Source: Octopus sinensis (lineage: Eukaryota). Taken from it: a DNA stretch of 64,000 bases. Below the pieces are notes generated by a model, which saw only the letters and a program-made list of their open reading frames with translations, did not search any database and was not told the origin of the DNA. Shown piece by piece: positions 49,889 through 64,000 of the stretch (position 1 is the stretch's first letter; every line of letters starts with the position of its first letter). The stretch lies in assembly GCF_006345805.1 (NCBI RefSeq), contig NC_043012.1:59024001-59088000 (forward strand), given 5' to 3'. The translations under genes and the position numbers were made by a program.

Positions 49889-49913
49889 GTGTAAATATAT
49901 ACAAGGTCTTGCA

Positions 49914-51156
49914 GATCTTGTAGTTAAATTGAGACCAATTTTAAACAGTTGACTTACTGGGTTTAACATTTCAGCTTTTGACAAAAACCTTGCTTGCTTG
50001 AAAATCTAACCCCCCTCTTTATTTTTCAGGTATATAGTCAAACTGATTTCGACAACAGAAAATCATAGAGCAACAGATTTTTCCACCAGTGTTATTTTGG
50101 AGCGCCGGGCACACTGCCAATAAAACTGTTAAGTAAAATTGTTCAAAGGTAACAGTTTATCGTGTGTGAGAACAATTCCAAGAAGAGGGAAAGATTGATA
50201 GAAAAGAACACAGGACTGGAAGTGATTTCAAGCGCAATCCAAATTTCTCGCTGGCCTGAAACGCTCGATTGAAGCCAGCCCATCCACATCCATGTCAACT
50301 CTGGCAAAGAAACGCAATCTGTCCCTTTACAAGTTGTATAGAGCTGTGAACAGGAAGCTTGACATTACTAGCTATATTCGATGACGCGGTCACTTCCTAA
50401 CAGCCAAGGCCAAAGCAATCAGAGACGAGAGATACCCAACGCATCTATTATTCATTAAGCATCAAGGTGCAAGAAAAACTCTCGTGTTTGTTGGACGAGA
50501 AGGTCAACGTGGATGCTGAGGTGAATAGTAGAAATTCTCGAGTGATTGCCTACAACTCTTCTGACGTCCCTTCTGTGTTTGAGACTAAGAGTTCTGCCTC
50601 TGTAATGGTATTTGGAGCCGTGGTGAGTTATGGAAGTATCATGGATCCACACTTCATTGAGTCTGGCTTGAAAGTCGGTAGAAAGGTGTATCTGGACATC
50701 TTGAAGGACTCTCTCTTACCTTGGATGGAGCAGAAGTTTGGGCTTGGCAATGTGGTGCTTAACCAAGATTCTGCACCATGCCATGGGTCAAAAGCAATAC
50801 AGGCCTTCATTGGTGAAAAAGTGCCATTTTGGTGAGGGCCAACATCTGGACCAGTATTAGCCCAGATCTCAACCTTCAAGCAAGATCCAATGCTTCACCA
50901 AAATCGGATGTCAATAATTTGAAGACCTGAATCGTGCGTGCGACATGCAAAATCAAACAGGCGGAACTTGTGGTAGCTGCAAAAAAATGTCGTTCTCGTC
51001 TGATGGCAGTAATTGCCCAAAAGCGCGGCCATATTGAAAGATAAATGTTTTTTTTTGTTATAGATGTTACATTAAAATTAAACCTGTCTACTAGGATTAT
51101 TTTAATATTTAAAACCAGTTTTATGAATCGTAAAATTGTTTTATTTATCTACAAGA

Positions 51157-51158
<2 letters not shown>
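49914..51158 (+). mobile_element. maT (DD37D) transposon, near full length with disrupted transposase
   Basis: Imperfect TIRs (tcttgtag.taaat..a.acaatttt); LDEK..VDA.VNSRN, SASVMVFGAV, NQDSAPCHGSK, FW..P..GP motifs. Confidence 0.85.
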
Positions 51159-51208
<50 letters not shown>

Positions 51209-51213
51209 CTATA

Positions 51214-51260
<47 letters not shown>

Positions 51261-51267
51261 GTATAGC

Positions 51268-51500
51268 GAAGGCGCATGATTCAGGTTGGAGCGTCGGGCT
51301 CACAACCACGAGTTCGATTCCCGGAGCGGACATTGCGAGGCTTTCTTGCGCAAGACACTTTATTTCACGTTGTTCCAAACCCCGCAATTGTAGAAATGAG
51401 CTGCAATGTCAATGGTGCTGAGCTGTATCTTTATTTGCCGTTCCCTTGGATAAAACTGGTGGCCACGAGAGGTGGGGCTGGTATCATTGGTGACTGTTGA
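51268..51500 (+). mobile_element. CORE-type tRNA SINE
   Basis: aaggcgcatg...gagttcgattcccgg...ttcttgcgcaagacacttatttcacgttg. Confidence 0.8.
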
Positions 51501-51589
51501 TCTTCAATATATAAACATACCGAGAGAGGTACTTTTTAATATCAATACTATGGTCCTTCTTGGTCGAAAGGGTTCATTACAATTTATAT

Positions 51590-51661
51590 ACGTATATATA
51601 TATATATCTATATATATATATATATATATTTATTTATTATATAGGACTATATATATATATA

Positions 51662-51711
<50 letters not shown>

Positions 51712-51883
51712 CCGTACATGTATATATATTTGTATGTATATATATAGATTTGTATCATACAACCACACACATAAAGGGAGAGTAACACGTTTGTATAATA
51801 CAAGCAGTCATAACTGTGTATGAATATATATATATATATGTTCACATATGTAATACACATATAAATATATGTACATATATATA

Positions 51884-51979
<96 letters not shown>

Positions 51980-53727
51980 TATATACATATGTACATACGC
52001 ACATATGTACTTACATGTATATGTATTTATGTAAGTGCGTGCGTGAGAGTCGTGACTAGATTGATTGATAGATAAATCAAAATATGCATAACAATAGGGG
52101 AACATTGTGGATGCAATTGATGGTTCCCTATGCAAATTTGTATGTGCCTCCTGTGCGCGTGGCGCGTGTGTATGTGTACCTCCCTGTATGTGTGTTTGCA
52201 TGGGAATGCGTATATATATGTAGGTATATGGTTATGTTACAGTGCGTAGGTGAAATAGTAAGCGCATGTTTGTTGTTTTGTTTATTTGTTGTTATGATTT
52301 AAATTCAAACTAAAACCTATTGAAATATTTCTCTGCACGCCTACACACACACAATGGGACATCACCCACATTTATTGGAAATACTCACGCACACGATCAA
52401 GTTGTATTATATATATACATATATATATATATATATTATATATATATTATATATATAATATATTATATATATATATATATATATAGATATATATATTATA
52501 CATATATATATATGTATATATACTATAATATAGTATATATATATATATTTGTATATATATATATAAACATTATATAGATAAATATATATACATGTATATA
52601 TATATTATTACATGTATATATATAGTATATATATATATATATATTATATACATATAGTATATATATATATGTATATTAATACATATATATACATGTATAT
52701 ATATATTTATAATATATTATATACATTGTATATATATTATATTATATACATACATATGTAAATATATATATTTATTTATTATATAGGACTATATTATATA
52801 TAGAACGGATATTATAATATATATATTATATACATATAATATATCCGTACCATGTATATATATTTGTATGTTATATATTTCAGATTTGTATCATACAACC
52901 ACACACATAAGGGAGAGTTACACGTAACGTTTGTATCATACCGCAGTCATAACTGTGTATGAATATATATATATATATATATTCACATATGTATATACAT
53001 ATAAATATATGTACATATATATATATATATATCTCTTATATATATATATATATAATATATATATATATATAACACACCACATATATATATATATATATAT
53101 ATCTTATATATATATTATCCATAGTACATCCGCCATATTACTTACATGTATGTATTTATGTAAGTGCGTGCGTGAGAGTCGTGACTAGATTGATTGATAG
53201 ATAAATCAAAATATGCATAACAATAGGGGACCTTGTGGATGTCAATTGATGGTTCCCTATGCAAACTTGTATGTGCCTCCTGTGTGCGTGGCGCGTGTGT
53301 ATGTGTACCTCCCTGTATGTGTGTTTGCATGGGGACGATATATATATGTAGGATATGGTTATGTGACAGTGCGTAGGTGAAATAGTAAGCGCATGTTTGT
53401 TGTTTTGTTTATTTGTTGTTATGATTTAAATTCAAACTCCCCCTTGAAATATTTCTCTGCCGCCTACACACACACCATGGGACATCACCCACATTTATTG
53501 GAAATACTCACGCACACGATCAAGTTGTATATATATATATACATATATAATATATATATATATAATATATATATATATAATTACTATATAATATATATAT
53601 ATAATATATATATATATTATCATATATAATAGTATATATACATAATATATATGTATAATATATATTTGTATATATATATATAAACATATATATATTACAT
53701 ATATATACATGTATATATATATATTAT

Positions 53728-53767
<40 letters not shown>

Positions 53768-53870
53768 ATTATATACAATATGTATATATTTGTATATATA
53801 TATACATATATATACATGTATATTCTATATATATATATATATACATGTATAATATATATATTATAACTAC
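51590..53870. repeat. ~1.13-kb tandem duplication embedded in AT microsatellite
   Basis: Unique blocks 52031-52410 and 53160-53530 are homologous (offset ~1130-1140); the second copy has many small indels. Confidence 0.85.
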
Positions 53871-54011
53871 ATATGTAAATATATATATTTATTGTATACA
53901 TATATTATATATATAATATATGTGTATACATAAACATAAATAAACTATATGTATGTATGTATATATAATACATAGATACATATATATCAATATGTATATA
54001 TTATATATAGA

Positions 54012-54042
<31 letters not shown>

Positions 54043-54137
54043 GTTATATATACATATTAATATAATGTATATATATATATATGTATATATCTATATATAA
54101 ACAATATATATAATATATTATGTATATATATATATAT

Positions 54138-54185
<48 letters not shown>

Positions 54186-54620
54186 ATACATATGTATATA
54201 TATGTATATATATATAATATATACATATATATATATACATGTATATAATATATATATTATATACATTATATATAATATATTATATATACATACATATGTA
54301 AATATATATATTTATTTGTTACATATATTTATATAATAGTGTATACATTAAAACATATATACACATATATGTATTTATGTATATTTGTAATACTATATAT
54401 ACATAGATAATATTATATCTATGTTATGTATATATAATTATAAGAATATATATATATATTATATATATATATAATATATTATATATATATATTATATACA
54501 ACATAATGAAAGGGAGAGAGAGAGGGGAAAAGATGTACAGCTTTTACTGCACCTGAATTGTATAGATTAACATAAAAGTATAACTGTATATGTATGTATG
54601 CATGTATGTATATATAGCTA

Positions 54621-54669
<49 letters not shown>

Positions 54670-54987
54670 CGAGAGAGAAAAGAGAGAAAGAGAGAGAGAA
54701 AGATAGATAGATAGATATATATGTCTATGTTTGTATATATGTGTGTATGTATGTGTGTATGCATGTATATATAGATAACTTATGTACTTGTATATATTGA
54801 TATATACATAAAATAAGCATACGTTAATAACATACATGTATTACTATATATCTATGTATATATATGTATGTAAATATATATCTATATATATATACATATA
54901 TACATTAATATATATATATATATGTGTATATATATATGTGTGTGTGTGTGTGCGTGTGTAATGCTTGTGTGTGTGGGGTATGCAGGA

Positions 54988-55019
<32 letters not shown>

Positions 55020-55671
55020 CATTCATAACCCCCACACTCACATGCACACACTTACACAGATACACACACACCACCACCACCACTACCACTACCAGGCACA
55101 CATATATTATAGTTTGCCAGGTGACGTTGATGGGTCAGGGCGGGAAAAGATGCAGGATTTACAGTTGAGCTTCACTGAACAGAAAATATAATGCTTCGTC
55201 TCACTCTCTCTCTCCCACCGATTCTCCTTCTCCCTCTCTTTCTCACTATTTATCTGTCTATCTATCTATCTATCTATCTATGCATCTTTCCTTCTCTCTC
55301 TAGTACACACATTTTCTGCCTCTCACACATACACAGCCACGTACACATTCACACACATACACACACATGCACAGACACACATTCTCTCCCTCAGTGGTTG
55401 CAATGAAACATAATAAATCTACGTTGTGGTCACGTGGAAATCTGGACATTAATAAACAAGCAAACGGTAGAGAGAACGAAATAATGTCAATACTTGGAGA
55501 ATGTTCTCGAAAGGGGAAAAAAGAAAAAAAAACGGGGGAAAAAAAAAAGCAGCATCAGATTTATAACTCCCCTTATATTGCTCGTGTCACATAATTTTGG
55601 AAATACACAATGCTTGAAATAAAACTAAATCTGATTTAGTTATGTACCATTGTTGTAAACAAATTTCAGTA

Positions 55672-56165
<494 letters not shown>

Positions 56166-56249
56166 TCTTTTCTTTTTACTAGAATGGCACCTTGGTAGAA
56201 CCGTGAATGCATCAGACTTCTTTGAGGGTGATGGAATGGCTGAAAAGAA

Positions 56250-56750
56250 AATGTCTTGCGATTGGTATTTCCACTCTACCCACTTCTTAGTTCAAATTCC
56301 ACCAAGGCCGGCATTGTCTTTCATTCTTTCGAGATCGATAAAATTAGTACCAGTTAAAGACTGGTGTCGATGCAATCAGCTTAAACACTCACATCAACTG
56401 CTGTCCTTGAGGCAAAATTTAAAACCACTTAGGTGATGGTGAGCTTGCAGAATGGTTTACTCGCCGGACAAAATCCTCACCGATTATTTCACCGTGATTA
56501 CGTTCTAAGTAGACTTTACACTTTATCCTTTTCATGGGTTGATAAGAATAAGTAGGAGTCTAGCACTGGAGTCGATGTAACCGAGTAGACCCTCCCCGAA
56601 TATTTCAGGCCTTCTGGCTATAGAAGGACATTTTATTATTCATCCTTTCTGGGTCGATAAAATAAGTACCAGTGACATACTGAGGTCTAAGTAGTCGACT
56701 CATCTCATCACCCCAAATTTTGCTGGCGCTCTGCCAAAAATCTGAAACCA
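56250..56750 (+). mobile_element. three tandem decayed SINE family B copies
   Basis: Repeated ttcat(cc)tttc..g.tcgataaaat.agtaccag cores at ~56320, ~56525 and ~56640. Confidence 0.7.
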
Positions 56751-57344
56751 TCATCATTATTATCATAATTAGTAGTAGTAGTAGTAGCAGTAGTAGTAGT
56801 AGTAGTATTGACAGATGTTTTGTTGAATCGTTAGAATGTCGAAAAGTTACCCTCCCGTGTTTGTTCCGGATCTTCACACGCAATTCAAACCACGCCGAAA
56901 TCAGTTTCGCCTTTCGTCCTTCCGGGTTTGGTGCAATAATGTGCCAAGTACTTTCGTCTATTTAATCACTTCGCATCCTTCTTCAGATTAATATGTATAT
57001 ATTACGGAGTTTGTGCCTCCTTCAGAAAGGAAACTGTAACCAAAGTAGGCTACCTTTCGGAACACAGTAATGATTTCTATATGCCTTCTAATGAGAAGAT
57101 GAGTATGCCCTTACCGACGTTTCCTCCATTGAACAAAGAAGGGCACACGGGAGTGTGGTCTTGATAGTCTGTCTGGGGATGATAGGAGAAAACTGGCAAA
57201 GCTGGTGCACTAGACACCTACCAGTAAATATTAGAAGACGAATTACAGGTGTTTCGAGAGGGTCACGGTATGGGCCTTGATGCATAGATCCTCGGAATCT
57301 CAAGATAACCAGTTTATAGTTAGTGCGTGTGGAGATAATCACCG

Positions 57345-57735
57345 CAGGGAAAGTTCACCGCCATCAATTTACTGTGAAGGTATTTCACCGTGAGGAAAGT
57401 TCACCTCGAGGAAAGTTTACCGAGAAAAATATATCTATAGTGGAAGGTGTTTGAACAGGTCGCGGATTTTAGCGACGAAAATATTTTGACAAATTAAACT
57501 TAAATGTTGAAGTGAATCGAACGGATTTTGTGTATTTCTTAAATGGCTTACAAACACCTTCCACGCTGCAATTGTTTTCGTTTCAGCACACGATCTCAGA
57601 TCAAATCACTTGCTATGCGAGTACATCTCCGTATATCCATAGTAACTCACCACTAATAGTTAAAAACAGTTTTATTGAAAAATTAACATGGTGAATTCAT
57701 GACGGCGAAGTGAATTGATGATGGTGAACTCAACC
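57345..57735. mobile_element. MITE-like element with ttcaccg subrepeats and short TIRs
   Basis: aagttcaccgccatcaatt (57352) versus aattgatgatggtgaactc (~57714); clustered aaagttcacc repeats. Confidence 0.45.
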
Positions 57736-58551
57736 TACATGGTCTTGGTATCATGCATTGATATGTGCTCAGCTGAAGACTTCATAATTATACAGGTCCT
57801 GAAGACACTCGAACACATTAAAGTTATTCTGGAAGTTGGATTCGTTGTTGATATAAGGAGATAAAACTGGTGATGCAGGGCAGATATCTTTGCTGTTACA
57901 CGTATGAGAGCAAGAATAATATGTGTGGGTTTTTTCCGCCTTCAATCGAAAGGAAAAAAAAACCCAGAGAACAAAAGAGAGCAGCGGATTCCAGTAGGAA
58001 GCTATATGTAATGTATCACTAGGGGAAATGCAGAAGATATCAGAGGAAATCCCGATATTCTGAATGCCAGGAATCAACTGCAAGGAAACCAAAGTTTTCC
58101 AGCTTAATGCCAACATGAGGTTACGACCGCTAGTACCAACACATCGATTTGCAGCGTTTGGGAGGAATTGAGCGATGGACTGTGATAAGAAAACTGTCAA
58201 GGACAGCGAGAAAAAAAAACTAAAGGTGGAAAAGAAATATCAGAAAGAAGAAAATAATGACTTACGGAATACAAGGGGAACAATAAATCTGATTTTACTT
58301 TCGAAAACATTTCTAAATATTGACATCGCATAACTCTCTCCCGTTTCCTTGTTTATTAATATCCATGTTTCCACGTGACCACAACATAAATTTATTGTTT
58401 CGGTGGAACCTCTGAGGGACGGAAAAAGAGAGGGAGACGGACAGAGAGAATGTATGCTCATGCGAAAGAGTTCTGAGTAAAAGATTGGTAATAATAAAAT
58501 AGTTCCTATTAAATGTGTGTCTATATATATGTATATATATATATATATATA

Positions 58552-58586
<35 letters not shown>

Positions 58587-58636
58587 GTGTGTGTGTGTGT
58601 GTGTGTGTGGTGTGTGTGTGTGTGTATATCTATCTA

Positions 58637-58674
<38 letters not shown>

Positions 58675-59109
58675 ATGTATGTATGTATATTTACACACAC
58701 ATACACATACACACATCTATATTTATATTCTGTGTTTTGGGTGTTCATTTGCGTAATTCATCTATTTTCAATATATCTTAATTCAACGAAAAATGTTTTT
58801 TTCCACAGACCCCCATCTTTGACTTATAACTCAATCTGTACGTTGCTAAATTTCATGTAATGCCTTGCTGGATGCGTTGACCTTTGCGACAAATAAATGT
58901 TGGCCTGGCAGAATGGATAAAATATCGGGGATAAAAAAAGCCTTATTCTAAATTTTTCTGATCATTTACTTTCTGCATTCAAATACTGCCTATAAGAAAT
59001 ATGTCGGTTATCTTTTCCGATCGAAACTTAAACTCTCAAAACTGTTCCCTCTCTAACAAAGTTGCTGGTCATGCGCCTATTTTCAATTCAATTTCTATTG
59101 GGTCAAAAA

Positions 59110-59345
59110 GTAAAAGCAAGGCCATGTAGGGGGACAGGAAGTTATGTACAGGGAGGGTGGTCATGCAAAGAGTTCAGACCATTTCTGGTCAAGAGAGACT
59201 TTGAACCGAGCGGTCGTCGGCATCTTCACTATCTCGTCCGGCAGCTTATTCCACGGATCCGAGACCCGGACGGAGAAAGCCTCTCTCCTTCGATTGGAGC
59301 AGGAGAGAAGAAGAGTTCTAAATTAGAGATAGGATAGTTTGAAAG
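59110..59345 (-). mobile_element. CR1-clade LINE 3' end
   Basis: RREAFSVRVSDPWNKLPDEIVKMPTTARFKVSLDQKWSELFA*. Confidence 0.85.
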
Positions 59346-59871
59346 CCGGAATAAATGCATTGCTCTATTTCCTCCGGCTAGTTACTTTTGACTTCAAATC
59401 CTGTTGTACAAAACATTGCTTTTCTTTCGGGATTAAAAAAGTAGTATGTACAATAGCAGATTTAAATTGAGGAAAAGGTGACGAAATTTGGAAAAACAAC
59501 TATCGATTACGCTGTTGTTTTTGTTGTTGTATTCTTAACTGTTTTTTTTCTTTTAGCTGTCGTATACGAGATAGTATCGAAAATTCCCGAGCTGGATATG
59601 TTTAATAAAAGAATAATTTATTTACCTAAGTTTTAACATCCTCTCATTGTAAATAGTCACCTTTCGCAGCAATAAACCAGTCCCAGCGCTCCTGCCACCT
59701 TTGGAATCCGGCCTGGAAGTCGTTTTCTGTAAATGTGTCAAGGACCTTCTACAATTCGCTTTGGATCTACATAAGCATTTACTACATTCACAGATATATA
59801 TATATATATATATAGTACGTTTAAATATTTGTTTTGCAAGATTTTTTATGTGAAGTCGTGTGTTGAAACAG

Positions 59872-60071
59872 ATATTGTTATATTTCGGAATGGTCATATT
59901 GCCAGTTTAGCCAATAAAAACACACGCACTATATTTGGTGTTATTTTGCTTCAGTGTTATTTATTTTTAAGATTAATGTAAAAAATAAATAACACTGAAG
60001 CAAAATAACACCAAATATATAGTGCGTGTGTTTTTATTGGCTAAACTGGCAATATGACCATTCCGAAATAT

Positions 60072-60079
<8 letters not shown>
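59872..60079. repeat. near-perfect ~98-bp-arm palindrome
   Basis: 59872-59968 is the reverse complement of 59981-60079 except a 2-nt TA indel. Confidence 0.9.
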
Positions 60080-60103
<24 letters not shown>

Positions 60104-60490
60104 GCTTGTTTCAGTCATTTGACTTTGGTATGCTGAAGCACCGCCTTTAGTCGAGCAAATCGACCCCAGGACTTATTCTTTGTAAGCCTAGTACTTATTC
60201 TATCGGTCTCTTTTGCCGAACCGCTAAGCTACGGGGACGTAAACACACCAGCATCGGTTGTCAAGCGATGGTGGGGGAACAAAAACATACAAACATACAC
60301 ACACATACATCTATCTATCTATCTATCTATCTATATATATATATATATATATATACATATATACGACAGGCTTCTTTCAGTTTCCGTCTACCAAATCCAC
60401 TCACAAGGCTTTGGTCGGCCCGAGGCTATAGAAGACACTTGCCACGTGGTTCGTAAGCAAGTTACTTACCACACAGCTACTGCTACGCCT
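60104..60490 (-). mobile_element. SINE family A nested in the mariner
   Basis: gcttgtttcagtcatttgact...tagtcgagcaaatcgaccccagg...cttaccacacagc. Confidence 0.9.
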
Positions 60491-62199
60491 ATGGATCTCA
60501 ACAATGGTGTTAAAACGATGACCTGTGAGCTACATTTTCATCTTGGGGCAGAGACATAAGTCCGCGGGTGGTAACTCTGACGAATAGGGTGGGTGCGGAA
60601 CGAATACCATGTTGTTTTTTGTTGTTGTTTTTTTTTGAGAAACTCACGAGTGAGAAGACCTTGGTGACAGGTGCATTTTCGTCGTGAAGAACCCAATTCT
60701 TCGTGCTTCACACAACTAGACGCTTTCGAAGATTGTCCTCCCTCAAACGCTTCAAAACGCCGCAGTAGAACATTCTAGTGACGGCCTGGCCCCGGAGGGC
60801 GAATTCCGGATGCACAATACCGCAGATGTCACAAATGACGATGGACATGCTCTTGATTAAGATACGTCTCTGACGTGCCGTCTTCGGTCGTGAAGATGAA
60901 GGGCTCTTCCATTGTGACATACCTGTAGACCTAACTCCTCGTCACCGGTGATAGTCATCGTCATGAAGGATGGGTCATTAGCTGCACGCTGACGGAGATC
61001 TTGTCTTCGATGCCGATATTCTTTCTACTCAGTGGTCAGCAGGCGAGGGGTAAACTTAGGACAGACATGCCGCATGTTAAATTCAGACTTTATGACTGCC
61101 TGCACGGACTGACACGTCAGACCAACCACATTGGCAATTTCATTGATAGTCCTCCGAAGATTCTCAAGCACAGGCTGATTCTTACTGGTCTTCGTATTTC
61201 CGGCGGTGACCCTTGTGGTAGGTCTTCCAGATCGCCCTTCGTCTTCCAGAGACGTTCTTGTGCTTTCGAAATGCCTCGGCCATTCAAAATATTGCGTATG
61301 ACCCATTGCCTCGTCACCGTCAGCTTGCTGAAGTGTGCTCAATGTCTCAGTAACAGACCTCCCAGGTGTCACGCAAAATTTCACGTTGGTTCTTTGTTCC
61401 TGTCCATGACACAATCACAAACTACAGCATACACGTGATCACAAAAACTCAAATTGCACAACTTGCGAAATAAACACAGTGATGTCACACAATACACTAC
61501 TCCATGAAGTTCACTGCTAGCTCTTACTGCGCGCGCAACTGTGTGCTAACTTCTATTGGCGCGCTTCAGAACTAGTCCGGCAACGTTTTGATACCACCTC
61601 GAAGAAGATATTTCCTGCCAGAGTAAGTCTATCCATGTGTAAGGATCGACAAAATTCCTCGAAATATTTCAGCACTTATCTCATTACCAAAGCTAGATGA
61701 AATGTGTGTCGTTATATACTTTTAAACGGCTAAACATTTTGATATTTGCTATATTTACATGCTATTAGATGGATGTCTCGGAAATTTAAAAAAATGAGGT
61801 GCTCGCCACAATGATGGTAGCTGTAAAATGATAAAAGCACAGCTAATTATTAATCAAACGTTCAAAAAATTTACACTTTTACACATACCCAATAGGAGAT
61901 ACCAAGAACGTTTGGAAACAGATTAATTTGAATATATAAGGTATACACAAAGACAACACCAACAATAAAGCTTCATCAAGTGCTAGCGTAATGAAAACGT
62001 TAGGGATTCCATTTGAGTAATTCGAAAGAGAAGGGAAGTAATTGGATGAATATATTACAAAAGATAGCGCAAACTTGCCCGAGAAATCATCCAAGCGATG
62101 AGTCACAATTACTTTTCATAATGGAAAGATATTTCTGTATTCATCGAATGATAAGTCAGAAGACATTCATACAGATACCTTTACCATTTCTTTTATCTT

Positions 62200-62735
<536 letters not shown>

Positions 62736-62759
62736 CTGCTATGCCTACGTCTATCCTTA

Positions 62760-63120
62760 TTTTCTCTGAAGAAAATAAGGGTATCTGGGTGTTGTATACC
62801 ATTGAGGTTGTGGAGGGATGCTCAGTCAGACGGGTGTGCAGAACAGGAAGCAAACTTAATGGTAATTTACGCAGCAAGTTTTCCTCCTTCAAGATTATAA
62901 TTGGAATTAGCCAGAGAGTGGATAATATTACCACATCACTTCTTTGCGATGCTGAAGTGACAATTCTGCCTAGAACAATGGAGTAAACCACCAACATAAC
63001 AATAAAGTGGAGAAAGAAGAACGGAATGTGTTCAAATTAAAAACAGACATGACAATGGGAAGTTTGTCAGGAGAAAGCGCCGACCGGTTCAGGATAGAGG
63101 AGTGTTTGTTGCAAATAGTT
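62760..63120 (+). mobile_element. decayed RTE-like LINE fragment
   Basis: IIGISQRVDNIT..LL..AE...TIKWR resembles RTE ILGISWRD.VTN..VL..A...LRW; weak. Confidence 0.35.
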
Positions 63121-63191
63121 GAATAATGTCTTAATCAATTTAGAATATTTATTTATTTACACCTTTGAATTTTGATCGTTTTGGTTTTCAG

Positions 63192-63354
63192 GCGTCATCA
63201 GGTGAATTACTTTTTAAATGTATATAGCACACCATTGAATTCGAACAAAGGAACTGTGTTTTTAAACAAAGATGCCTTATGCCGATTGCATCCCCGTAGT
63301 ATATACTTCTGGAATAAAATACGCGGTGACGAAAGAAGATCAAAATTACTTTTG
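63192..63354 (+). CDS. candidate exon (either a fully open frame, or 5' UTR plus MPYADCIPVVYTSGIKYAVTKEDQNYF)
   Basis: Acceptor ttttgatcgttttggttttcag, donor GTAGGT, ATG at 63272 in aaagATG context. Confidence 0.25.
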
Positions 63355-63484
63355 GTAGGTATATATATTTTACCAAAAGTTCCATCTCTGAAGATAAGGT
63401 AAGCAAATAAAATAATAATAAATTTAGTATCAAAAAGTAATCTCAGACACTGAGTTATTTAATATTTATGAGTTTTCGTATCTG

Positions 63485-63515
<31 letters not shown>

Positions 63516-63780
63516 TTGCAATTAATTACGTGAAATCATTGTTTTAAAACACTAATGATGTCATGTTTGAATAAATGTAAAACATAATAAACATTTGAAA
63601 GATCAACTTGAAATAGATTTTTGCAAGTTTTTATAAATACAAGACACAAGTCACGTAACTACCATAATAAAAGGCAAACACTTTACCCTTCACACTATAG
63701 AACTCATGTTTAACACGTTTTCTAAATTCGTATTATAAATATTATTTCCTGCGTTTTACTGCCATTAATCTTCTTCATAG

Positions 63781-63856
63781 TGGAGGCACATGGCCGAGTG
63801 GTTAGAACAGCGGACTCGCAGTCGAGGGATCGCGGGTTCGAATCTCAGATCGCGCG
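63781..63856 (+). mobile_element. isolated tRNA-like SINE head
   Basis: A box tggccgagtggttag and B box ggttcgaatc; homologous to the head of the 19995-20280 SINE. Confidence 0.75.
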
Positions 63857-64000
63857 TTTCACTTTGATACGGTCGAAGCTTCTTAAATTTAACAGCTTGG
63901 TATTTGTTCTTGTAATTATTATATTTTTGATTCATATCCTGAGGTTTCTCTGTTCCTCAGTCGTATCCTCTCGTAATTCAGTGTTTTCTACATTATATTG

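Larger units (their letters stand above)
59567..61601 (-). mobile_element. mariner transposon with both TIRs, interrupted by nested insertions
   Basis: TIRs cgagatagtatcgaaaattcccgagctgg / cgaggtggtatcaaaacgttgccggactag; N-term EQRTNVKFC...LEDEGRSGRP...KFTPRLLT; middle SQWKSPSSSRPK; C-term FQAGFQRWQERWDWFIAAKGDY at ~59640-59760. Confidence 0.85.

Noticed and set aside
56930-56995. Minus-strand CTGAAGA...GAAA spacing
   Set aside because: No stem II or stem I pairing; lies in a decayed SINE
61882-61985. Minus-strand segment with branch-point-like ctaac acceptor and GTATGT donor (LDEALLLVLSLCIPYIFKLICF...)
   Set aside because: Cannot be linked in phase to any other candidate and the peptide is unrecognised; kept only as a note
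63781-63856. Possible tRNA gene
   Set aside because: A and B boxes are present but there is no acceptor-stem pairing or proper anticodon arm; it matches the SINE head at ~20200-20280

Overview
This is AT-rich eukaryotic genomic DNA saturated with microsatellites and decayed transposable elements. The SINE families match those I recall from Octopus genomes, so a cephalopod origin is an inference. I find no rRNA, intact tRNA, CRISPR array or long intact ORF, and nearly all ORFs in the supplied track are translations of simple repeats. Recognisable content: (1) about 30 copies of at least three tRNA-headed SINE families; (2) remnants of RTE, R4/Dong-like, Tx1/L1, CR1 and Penelope-like retroelements; (3) three mariner (DD34D-type) and two maT (DD37D-type) transposase relics; (4) several MITE-like or palindromic elements. 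No host gene can be named. A few splice-site-bounded open frames are reported as low-confidence exon candidates. The most interesting signals are: a hammerhead ribozyme with an intact catalytic core and a long stem II insert at the 3' end of a Penelope-like element, plus several decayed hammerhead relics; a perfect 119-bp inverted duplication that replaces a SINE head; a ~110-bp headless element that shares its tail with an RTE LINE and sits in (TA)n tracts inside SINEs; a pre-miRNA-like hairpin; and a higher-order (ACT)n repeat that mimics a mucin exon. I do not see convincing evidence of a new multi-gene system. TE coordinates are approximate, and family names rest on recalled motifs rather than database searches.
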